Part shown: positions 8,164 through 16,400 of the stretch, in pieces | How positions within the stretch are numbered: position 1 is the first letter of the stretch | How the letters are laid out: the number at the start of each line of letters is the position of its first letter | Translations under genes and position numbers: made by a program | Notes under the pieces: generated by a model | Database searches by the model: none | What the model saw: the letters and a program-made list of their open reading frames with translations, nothing else | Told to the model about the DNA's origin: nothing | Virus record (IMG/VR): IMGVR_UViG_3300012861_000029 | Direction: 5' to 3' (one strand) | Source: a virus | Length of the DNA stretch: 23,110 bases

Positions 8164-8669
8164 TGAATTCGCTAAATAAATTGCTTGACAAGGCGCGGTC
8201 CATGTGTAGCCGCGATAGCGATGCCGCAGTTGCCGAGGCTCTTAAGGTGTCGCGACAGACGCTAATGCAGTGGCGAAATGGCGAACGTCGCATCACCGAC
8301 GAACACCTCACAGCGCTTATTTCGCTTGCGAAAGAGGATCAGTCCGCGTTTATGCGGATCCGCGAGGAGATGGCCGGAACACCGGCCGAGCGCAAGCTTT
8401 GGGGGTCGCTGTTGGACCGAATTGGCGCGGCGATGGTGGTGGTAGCGGTCGGGGCGGTCGCCCTGGCCCACCGCGACGCGCATGAAGGACTGCAAGCAGC
8501 CCTACCCCTGCTTGCTGTCGCTGAACCTATATACATTATGCGAAATACGATCTGGCCCGGGCGGCGGCCCGGCTTCGCTGGATCTGGCTTTGGATCAAGA
8601 CTTGCCTACCCACCCGGCGCCCCACGGATAATGTTGTACGCACCGAAGCTTCCCCAGCTTGCGCGCTAG
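8163..8669 (+). CDS. Phage HTH regulator (Cro/CI-like, DUF3693-like); its 3' end crosses the prophage junction
   Basis: HTH segment AAVAEALKVSRQTLMQWRNGER. Codons 1-128 (8163-8546) are phage DNA. The last 40 codons are read from DNA beyond the dif-like repeat. Confidence 0.65.
   Translation: MNSLNKLLDKARSMCSRDSDAAVAEALKVSRQTLMQWRNGERRITDEHLTALISLAKEDQSAFMRIREEMAGTPAERKLWGSLLDRIGAAMVVVAVGAVALAHRDAHEGLQAALPLLAVAEPIYIMRNTIWPGRRPGFAGSGFGSRLAYPPGAPRIMLYAPKLPQLAR
8519..8546 (-). repeat. Hybrid dif-like site (prophage junction with a degenerate XerD arm)
   Basis: The minus strand reads ATTTCGCATAA-TGTATA-TAGGTTCAGCG. The XerC arm and central region are identical to 2051-2078, and the XerD arm is diverged, as expected for a phage attP-derived half. 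Confidence 0.8.
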
Positions 8670-9270
8670 GCCTCCCCATTTGACGCAGTCAATTGTCCCC
8701 GTCCACGAACGGACGTACTCAACTCTCCCCAGCGTCAATTGATTGCCTCCGAGGACATGCGGACGAAGCAACAGTCGCGGACAATGTGTACGGAATTTCC
8801 AGAAGATGATGGTTCGCGGCCGCCTTAGTGACGGATGATAGCCGTGGAGCACATTCAGTTTCTATCGACATATCCTGGGCTAGCGTCCTTTGCCAGCTAT
8901 CCAAGCGGCATTCGCAGAAACTTTGGCGCGCTTTCTTGGTGAGCTGCGTGGCGGCTGATTACCGCCAAACAACCGTCCCATATCCGCCCAACAAAACCCC
9001 AAATCGCTTCCCACAAGCACCCCATACCTGACGCGCCGCCAACAAACCGCCCCAATTTCAGTGCTGCTACCAACAAGCCGCGCCAAATTTGTCTACTGCA
9101 TGAGGCGTGACCATTCCCAAGTAGGAACTGCCGCCGTCGATCGGCCAGACCATGGCCCCAGCTTGGATCTGCGTCCGGCTCTATGGGATGCCTTGCCGTC
9201 CGATCTGTAAACATAGCGGTGTCCACAATGAGCTCCGAGGGATGTCTGCCATGGGGCTCCAGTGGACCTG

Positions 9271-9298
9271 CCCTACCCTCGATAAATCTCCCTAATCC
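9271..9298 (+). repeat. 28-bp repeat, copy 1 (upstream of the patatin operon)
   Basis: ccctaccctcgataaatctccctaatcc matches 13225-13252 at 25 of 28 positions. It is followed by a C-rich block and an imperfect hairpin homologous to 13195-13225. Confidence 0.6.
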
Positions 9299-9549
9299 CT
9301 GCCCCTCCCCACAATGTCCGGCTCTGGCTCACAAGCAGACATCCACGAATAGCCAATGAATCACACGCATTGCACCGGAGCTACGGTCTGTCAGCGTTTC
9401 CCTGGCCCCGGTCTGCAATCCGCTAGGGGAGCGCGGTAATTGTGTCAAGATACAGCCTCGAAAGTCGTCAAAGGCCAAATCGAAAAAAACTCGCCAACGT
9501 AGTTAGCGTGCAAGCCAATATTAATCTCCTAGACAGTGAAACATAGATC

Positions 9550-10476
9550 ATGCCTAAAGACGATGGCGTCTATCGAATCTTGGCCTTAGACGGCGGGGGC
9601 GCCAAGGGCTTCTATACCCTAGGGGTCCTAAAGGAGATTGAGGCCATGGTGGGGTGCCCGCTGCATGAGCGGTTCGATCTGATCTTCGGGACTAGTACTG
9701 GAGCGATCATTGCCGCTTTGATCGCGCTCGGCTATCAAGTAGATCAGATCCACGAACTCTACAGATTGCATGTACCTAGGGTCATGGCCAGTAAGGGGGC
9801 CGCCGCTAAGACTTCCGCTTTGCGGGACTTGGCTGGAGAGGTGTTCGGGAACAAGACCTTTGACGATGTACGGACCGGTATCGGCATAGTCGCAACGCGC
9901 TGGGCCACTGAGAAGCCGATGATCTTCAAGGCTGACGTTGCACAAGCGCACGGTCGCAAGGCGACATTCAAGCCAGGATTCGGCGTGAACATCGCGGATG
10001 CCGTCCAGGCGTCGTGTTCCGCCTACCCCTTCTTCGAACGGAAGATCGTCACGACCTCCGACGGAAACAGGATCGAGCTGATAGATGGCGGCTACTGCGC
10101 GAACAACCCGACGCTTTTTGCGATCGCCGATGCAACGGCCGCGCTGAACAAGGAAAGAAAGGATATTCGCGTCGTGAACGTCGGCGTCGGCATCTATCCG
10201 GAGCCGAAGCCTGGTTTGCTGATGAAGATCGCGAAGAAGTGGCTTGCAGTCCAGTTGTTGCAAAAGACCCTGGAGATAAATACGCAGTCGCTTGACCAAC
10301 TGCGCGAAGTATTGTTCAAGGATGTCGCGACGATCCGGATAAGCGACACATTCGAACGCCCTGAAATGGCAACGGACCTCATGGAGCACGACCTCGGCAA
10401 ACTGAACATGCTTCGTCAATGCGGCAGTGAGTCGTTCGCTGCCCGCGAAGCGCAACTGAAAGAACTTCTTCTCTGA
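9550..10476 (+). CDS. Patatin-like phospholipase (CapV-like effector candidate)
   Basis: Oxyanion motif DGGGAKG (aa 14-20), nucleophile elbow GTSTG (aa 47-51, Ser49) and catalytic Asp in [10 protein letters not shown] (Asp179). Confidence 0.9.
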   Translation: MPKDDGVYRILALDGGGAKGFYTLGVLKEIEAMVGCPLHERFDLIFGTSTGAIIAALIALGYQVDQIHELYRLHVPRVMASKGAAAKTSALRDLAGEVFGNKTFDDVRTGIGIVATRWATEKPMIFKADVAQAHGRKATFKPGFGVNIADAVQASCSAYPFFERKIVTTSDGNRIELIDGGYCANNPTLFAIADATAALNKERKDIRVVNVGVGIYPEPKPGLLMKIAKKWLAVQLLQKTLEINTQSLDQLREVLFKDVATIRISDTFERPEMATDLMEHDLGKLNMLRQCGSESFAAREAQLKELLL

Positions 10477-11384
10477 TGGAACCGAGGAACATGGGGATTC
10501 CTGAAAATCAACTCGACACTTGGTCCCATCAAGGTTCGGTCATGCAATCTGCAGCGACTTACAACGCGATCAAGAACGCTTTGGAATCCACAAACGCCGC
10601 ATACCATGCCAAGGACTTCAAGGTCTTCCTTCAAGGTTCGTACGGTAACGACACCAATATCTATGCCGAAAGCGATGTAGACGTCGTAATCCAGCTCGAC
10701 GACGTCTACTTCAGCGATGTGACCTCGCTGCCGCCGGCAGACAAGGAGGCTTATGACCGGGCTTTTGTTCCAGCGACCTATTCCTACGACCAATACAGAA
10801 GTGATGTAGTCAGTGCCCTTATCAGTCGATTTGCAACCGACGTCACAAATGGTCATAAAGCCATCGCCGTAGCGGCGAACGGCAACCGCCGCAAGGCCGA
10901 CGTCATTGCGGCAATGCAATTCCGTCGATACTGGAAGTTCAGAAGCGCTTATGACTCGTCCTATGATGAGGGAATCTGCTTTTTCACTTCCGACGGTCAG
11001 CAGATCGTCAACTACCCCAAGCAGCACTCTGAAAACCTGACCATCAAGCATCAAGCCAGCAACGGGTGGCTGAAGCCGATGATCCGCGTATTGAAGAACA
11101 TGCGAAGGAAGCTGGTCGCCGATGGCGTCCTGAACGCAAGCGTGGCACCTTCGTACTATCTCGAAGGACTGCTCTACAACGTACCTTCCGGAAAGTTCGG
11201 ACTGAGCTACGAGGACAGCTTTGTCAACGCGATTAACTGGATACAGTCAGAGGCCGACAAGAGCAAGCTGGTGTGTGCCAACGAACAGTATTACTTGCTT
11301 TGGGAAGGGCCCCCCACCTCGTGGAAACCGTCCAACGCGGAGGCGCTCCTCCAGGCCGTCATTAAGCAATGGAATGAATGGTGA
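10476..11384 (+). CDS. Pol-beta-fold nucleotidyltransferase, SMODS / CD-NTase-like
   Basis: The ATG overlaps the patatin stop (TGATG). Motifs: GS at aa 54-55, DVD at aa 67-69 ([24 protein letters not shown]), a third acidic residue in KADVIAA (Asp142) and a C-terminal [14 protein letters not shown] helix typical of this family (from memory). Confidence 0.75.
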   Translation: MEPRNMGIPENQLDTWSHQGSVMQSAATYNAIKNALESTNAAYHAKDFKVFLQGSYGNDTNIYAESDVDVVIQLDDVYFSDVTSLPPADKEAYDRAFVPATYSYDQYRSDVVSALISRFATDVTNGHKAIAVAANGNRRKADVIAAMQFRRYWKFRSAYDSSYDEGICFFTSDGQQIVNYPKQHSENLTIKHQASNGWLKPMIRVLKNMRRKLVADGVLNASVAPSYYLEGLLYNVPSGKFGLSYEDSFVNAINWIQSEADKSKLVCANEQYYLLWEGPPTSWKPSNAEALLQAVIKQWNEW

Positions 11385-11447
11385 CCCCTAGGCAGTCACC
11401 CAAGCGCCTCCACAACTGCTCGATCCGATTTTCGAAGGGAATGAAAC

Positions 11448-13193
11448 ATGAAAGGACGCACGATCTACCTCTTCATGTGGGGCTACCAGGACAGCTATAG
11501 GATCAGTCTTCAAGGCCTGGCCAGAGATGTCCTCTCCAAACTCGGAGTCGTGGACGATGCCTACGTCCTGCTTGTAGGCGCCCGCGCTCCTGGGAGCAAT
11601 AGCCCCAACCCCGTCTGCGTCGAGCCGGAAGACGGCCAATGGCCGCTGTCGCTCTTCGACGGCTTGCTCGAAAAAGTGGAGTCGAAATACCAGGGGCATC
11701 ACCTACAGACAGTATTCTACGGCGATGCCCCCAGCATGAGCGACAAGCCCGAATGGATTCGGCGCGACGCGGCGCGAATGGCGGTTGCCGATGCGCTGGA
11801 GCCCTATGACAAGGCCTACGAGGTAACGTCATTCTGCGGCGAGCCCAGGCGCATCGGAGACTACTACGTCACTCCGGTCATACAAGTCCCGACGGCGACC
11901 TTCGCCCAGTTTCCGCCCTTGTCGCCGCGGCCAGTGGGAGCATTCGAAAGAGGTTATGGATACCGCAGCCTGATCCATGCGGCGATCTATGCCGTGCTCG
12001 AAGAAGCAACCGGGAAGCTTCAGGCCCCGGAACCCGGGCGCCTTTTCCATGACGGTGTGAGGAACGCGGAGGAAATTGTCCGTGTAGCGGGAGAGAACTT
12101 CATGCATACGCCGGGTTTGTCGATCGACAGGCGGTACATTCATACCGATCTGTTCAAGATTCTGAATATCGTCTCCTCTCTTCTCTACGAAGGATCGAAA
12201 GGAATCGGTGACCTCGTAATCGTCGATCCCACGAACGCGGCGGTCGACTTCGCCTTGAAATTCGCCAGTCCCGTGCCGCTCCGGGAGCCACGCTGGATCA
12301 GGAAGGTCCTGCAGATGGCCGCGACCGGCGTCGGGATCATTGGGGACCATCAGAACATCTACGGCCTAGGCAGACTAAAGGAATCCCATAACCCTGCAGA
12401 ACAGGATGCGTTTATCGTCACCTTCGTTGACCACTTTCACTGGAAGCTGCGTTGCGGCGACCAAATGCTGATACGAAGCCACTATGGAGTACCCAGACTC
12501 CCGCAGGAACCCATCGACAAGAGGGCCTTTCTCAGTAGCTACGCGCGACTCTTCCCGCGATCCCTGCCAGAAGACGGACTGCGTGCATGGGGTCTACTGA
12601 ATGCACAGACCCGCATGGAGCATGGCAGCATGATTGTGTTCGCTGAAGACGCGGCCAGCGAGGCAGAACGACTCAGCAGGCAAGGCACGCCGATCACGCC
12701 AATCAACCTTACTGATGAGCTGCTTCAAAGCGTCAGCGGCATCGATGGAACGATACTCGTCGATCCCAGCGGGTACTGCCACGCTATCGGTGTCATCCTG
12801 GACGGAGATGCCAGCGAGGAGTGCATGCCATCAAGAGGGTCCCGATACAATTCCGGAGTAAGGTACGTGGGCTCCGGCAGCATCAAGAGACTGGCGGTCA
12901 TTGTTTCAGATGACCGCACCATCGATGTTATTCCCGCGCTGAGACGATTGGTCAGTCGGACATTGATCGAACGACACGTCGCCTTCCTCGAATCTGCAAC
13001 GCTCGACAACTATCACGATTCCAGGAGTTGGCTCGACAAGCACCGCTTCTACATCAATCCCGAGCAATGCGAAAGGATCAACGCGGCGCTTTCCCGCTTC
13101 GACAATCTCCCGAAGGAGGCAGGCCTGCTCTACTTCGAAACCGAGCGATTCGAAGCTCATCCAGAGATGGACGAAAGTTACCTAGTCATTTAG
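11448..13193 (+). CDS. 581-aa protein with a divergent DisA_N / diadenylate-cyclase-like C-terminal domain; the N-terminal ~390 aa are unassigned
   Basis: AGGGA RBS 7 nt upstream. Residues ~390-497 align by eye to the CdaA/DisA DAC domain: GSMIVFAE versus GALIVIE, IDGTILVD versus HDGAVIM, GSRYNSGVRY versus GTRHRAAVGI, and AVIVSDDRTIDVI versus TIIVSEETGGVSV. Confidence 0.6.
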   Translation: MKGRTIYLFMWGYQDSYRISLQGLARDVLSKLGVVDDAYVLLVGARAPGSNSPNPVCVEPEDGQWPLSLFDGLLEKVESKYQGHHLQTVFYGDAPSMSDKPEWIRRDAARMAVADALEPYDKAYEVTSFCGEPRRIGDYYVTPVIQVPTATFAQFPPLSPRPVGAFERGYGYRSLIHAAIYAVLEEATGKLQAPEPGRLFHDGVRNAEEIVRVAGENFMHTPGLSIDRRYIHTDLFKILNIVSSLLYEGSKGIGDLVIVDPTNAAVDFALKFASPVPLREPRWIRKVLQMAATGVGIIGDHQNIYGLGRLKESHNPAEQDAFIVTFVDHFHWKLRCGDQMLIRSHYGVPRLPQEPIDKRAFLSSYARLFPRSLPEDGLRAWGLLNAQTRMEHGSMIVFAEDAASEAERLSRQGTPITPINLTDELLQSVSGIDGTILVDPSGYCHAIGVILDGDASEECMPSRGSRYNSGVRYVGSGSIKRLAVIVSDDRTIDVIPALRRLVSRTLIERHVAFLESATLDNYHDSRSWLDKHRFYINPEQCERINAALSRFDNLPKEAGLLYFETERFEAHPEMDESYLVI

Positions 13194-13194
13194 T

Positions 13195-13225
13195 GAATGT
13201 CCGCTCTTGGCCAAAGCGGACATTC
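13195..13225 (+). terminator. Perfect 11-bp stem hairpin directly after the operon stop
   Basis: GAATGTCCGCT-cttggccaa-AGCGGACATTC starts 2 nt after the TAG at 13191-13193. No U-tract follows it. Confidence 0.5.
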
Positions 13226-13252
13226 CCTACCCCCGATAAACATCCCTAATCC
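13225..13252 (+). repeat. 28-bp repeat, copy 2 (downstream of the patatin operon)
   Basis: ccctacccccgataaacatccctaatcc matches 9271-9298 at 25 of 28 positions. Confidence 0.6.
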
Positions 13253-13406
13253 GAATCTAAGGCATCGCTTCCAGTAACGCACGGCTCGACTCCGTATCAC
13301 TCCATTCGCGGCATTGCCCCCCCCTCCCCCACCTGAAGAAGCTGCCCAATGCTCTCGGCAGTCCTTTGCCCTATCATTGCTCCGGCATGGGGTGCAGGGG
13401 GTCGCC

Positions 13407-16400
13407 TTGAGCGTTACATCGGTCGAAGACAATTTCTGGTTCCTCAGTGGGCACGACCCCATGTTCTTGAAGCTCGCGTCTATGGCCGAGCAGGTCTTCG
13501 CCGCCGACCCCAATACGACGCTGATCAAGCTCCGCCAGCTCGGGGAGGCGTTTGCGAAGGACCTGGCGAGCCGAGCCGGCCTCCAGGTCGACGAGCGGGC
13601 ATCGCAGGCCGATCTCATCTTCCAGATCTCCCGGGAACTGCGGCTCGACCCGCGGATCCGGGAGCTGTTCCATGTCCTTCGCGTCGAAGGCAACAAGGCC
13701 ACCCACGGTTTCGCCACTCAACATCGCGAAGCGATGGACGGCCTGAAGGTCGCCCGCGAGCTGGCTGTCTGGTACCACCGCGCGTTCGGCCAGGACGCGG
13801 CAGATTTCAAACCCGGACCGTTCTCACCTCCCAAGGACCTGGCCGCTCCCCTGCGCGAGGTCCAGGCCGAGGTGAAGCAGCTCCAGGCCGAGCTTGACGC
13901 CGAGCGCAAGGCGCATGACGAAAGCCTGAAGCTGGCGGAGCTGCAGCAGGAGCAGTCCCAGCTACATGCCGCCCTGGCCGAAGCCATGGACGTGGAGGCA
14001 AGGCAGCAGGCCGCCTTGGTCGCTGAACGCGAACGCGAGCTTGCACAGCTGCGCGAGGGGTTCGAGCAGCGCATCGCACGGATGTCTCAGGCGTCGGATC
14101 CCCAGGGTGAGGACACCGGCAAGGTCCAGGCCGCCACCTACCGTGCCAGCCAGGCCTTCGACCTGAGCGAGGACCTCACCCGCATCCTGATCGACCAGCA
14201 GCTGTGCGATGCCGGCTGGGAAGCTGACTCACTCGAACTCACCCATGCCGGCGGCACCCGGCCCGAGAGAGGCGTCAACCGGGCTATCGCAGAGTGGCCG
14301 ACCCGGGTGCCTGGCGCGAACGCGGACTACGTGCTGTTCAGTGGCCTGGTGCCGGTCGCCATCGTCGAGGCCAAGCGCAAGCGGATCAACGTAGCCGACC
14401 GGATCACGCAGGCGGAGCGCTATGCACGCGACCTGGTTCCGTCCGGGGATCTGCAGTCCGCATGGCGGGAGGCGGGGCTCGCTGGTCCCTGGCCCGACGG
14501 CGAAGGCGGCGGCTTTCACGTGCCGCTGGCGTTTTCCTGCAACGGCCGCCCCTACGTCAGGCAGTTGGCCGAGCAGTCCGGCATCTGGTTCCGCGACCTG
14601 CGCCGCCCCTCCAACCTCAGGCGTGCCCTGCAGGGGTTCTATACGCCGGAAGGCATCGCCGACCTGCTCCCGCGTGACATCGACAGCGCACAGTCGCGGC
14701 TGGCCCAGGAGGGCATGGCCTACCTGCGCCTGCGCGACTACCAGCAACAAGCCATCCAGGCGGTCGAGGACGCCATGGCCGCCGGCCATCGTACCTGTCT
14801 CCTGGCCATGGCCACCGGCACCGGCAAGACCCGGACCATCATCGGGCTGATCTACCGCCTGCTGAAAACCGAGCGCTTCCGCCGGATCCTGTTCCTCGTC
14901 GACCGCTCCGCACTCGGAGAACAGGCCCAGGACGCCATGGGCGAGATGCGCCTGGAGCAGAACCAGACGCTCTCTCAGATCTACAACCTGGACGGCCTGC
15001 AGGACACATCCACCGCGGACGAGGCGCGCGTGCAGGTGGCCACCGTGCAGGCCATGGTCCGTCGCATCTTCCAGTCAGACGCCCCTCCCCCGATCGACAC
15101 TTTCGACTGCATCGTCGTGGACGAGGCCCATCGCGGCTACACCCTCGACCTGGAGATGACCGAGGGCGAACTGGCCGTCCGCGATCATGCACAGTACATG
15201 TCGCAGTATCGGCGCGTGCTCGACTATTTCGACGCCCACCGTATCGGCCTGACCGCCACTCCCGCCAAGCACACCACCGACATCTTCGGGAAGCCGGTCT
15301 ATACCTACAGCTACCGCGAAGCGGTCGCCGACGACTGGCTGATCGACCACGAGCCGCCGATCCGCTACGAGACCCTGCTCAACACCCGCGGCATCCACTT
15401 CGAGCGTGGCGAACACGTCAGCGTGGTCAACGTCCAGACTGGCGAAGTCGACACCGCGGAGCTGGAGGACGATCTCGACTTCAACGTCGAATCCTTCAAC
15501 CGCCGCGTCATCACCCCGGCCTTCGATCAGGTCATCTGTGAACAGCTGGCGCAGGAGCTGGATCCCGATGGCGATGAGAAGACGCTCATCTTTTGCGTAA
15601 GCCAGCCCCACGCAGAACGCGTGAAGCATCTGCTCGATGAGGCATTCAAAGCCGTCCACGGCGAACAATACAACCAGGCCAGCGTGGCCGTTGTCACGGG
15701 GCGCAGCGACAAGGTGGACGCGCTGATCAGGCGATACAAGAACGAGCGCCACCCCAACATCGCCATCACAGTCGACCTGCTCACCACCGGCATCGACGTG
15801 CCCGCCATCTCCAACTTGGTATTCATGCGCCGGGTCCGCTCGCGCATCCTCTACGAGCAGATGAAGGGCCGGGCCACCCGCCGCTGCGACGACATCGGCA
15901 AGACCGTCTTCCGCATCTACGATCCGGTGGACCTGTACGCCGCGTTGGAAGACGTGGACACCATGAAGCCGCTGGTCAAGGACCCTAACGTCAGCATCGA
16001 ACAGCTGCTGCACGAGCTGAAGGACCCACGCAGCCTCGCCACCCACGGCAGCAACGGTAACAGCCATGCGCAGGACGTCCTCGACCAGCTCGGCCAGAAG
16101 CTGATGCGCGTTCTGCGCAAGGCCGCGCATCGTGCCGCCGGCAAACCACCGCTGCGCGACAAGTTGAACCAGCTCGAGGCTGCGTGGGGTGTCGCGCCGG
16201 AGTGGCTGCATGCCCACCTCCACGACCTGGGCCCGCAGGCCTCCGCGCAGTTCCTGCAGCAGCAGCCGCTGCTCCTACAGCAGCTGGCCGAGGTCGGCGC
16301 CCTGCTCGGTTCCGACAACTACCCGATCATTTCCACTCACCAGGACGAATTGATCGACCGTCAGCAGAACTACGGCGTGCACGAACAGCCGGCCGACTAT

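Larger units (their letters stand above)
2061..8546 (-). mobile_element. Integrated filamentous phage (Inoviridae, Cf1c/XacF1/phiLf-like), about 6.5 kb
   Basis: It is bracketed by the 18-bp direct repeat atatacattatgcgaaat. The gene order is regulator / small ORFs / HUH Rep / ssDNA-binding / minor coat / major coat / pIII-like / pVI-like / pI(Zot). Almost every minus-strand junction is a 1-4 nt start/stop overlap. No secretin gene is present. Confidence 0.9.

Noticed and set aside
8595-9226. Several 60-110-aa ORFs in the gene-poor spacer
   Set aside because: They overlap one another on both strands, lack RBSs and have no recognisable motifs or plausible composition. I left the region as non-coding.
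9628-11054. 275-aa and 212-aa minus-strand ORFs opposite the patatin and NTase genes
   Set aside because: The plus-strand genes carry complete catalytic motif sets. The antisense ORFs have no RBS or motifs.
13314-13406. Poly-proline N-terminus (MPPPPPPEE...) as the true start of HsdR
   Set aside because: It would be a TTG start with no RBS. The conserved NFxFL N-terminal motif begins only at codon ~40. TTG 13407 has an AGGGGG RBS. I kept 13314 only as an alternative, because of the C-tract observation.
15075-16223. 382-aa ORF on the minus strand inside hsdR
   Set aside because: It lies entirely antisense to a gene with unambiguous helicase motifs. It is Ala/Val/Gly/Asp-rich with no motif or RBS, a typical high-GC antisense artefact.
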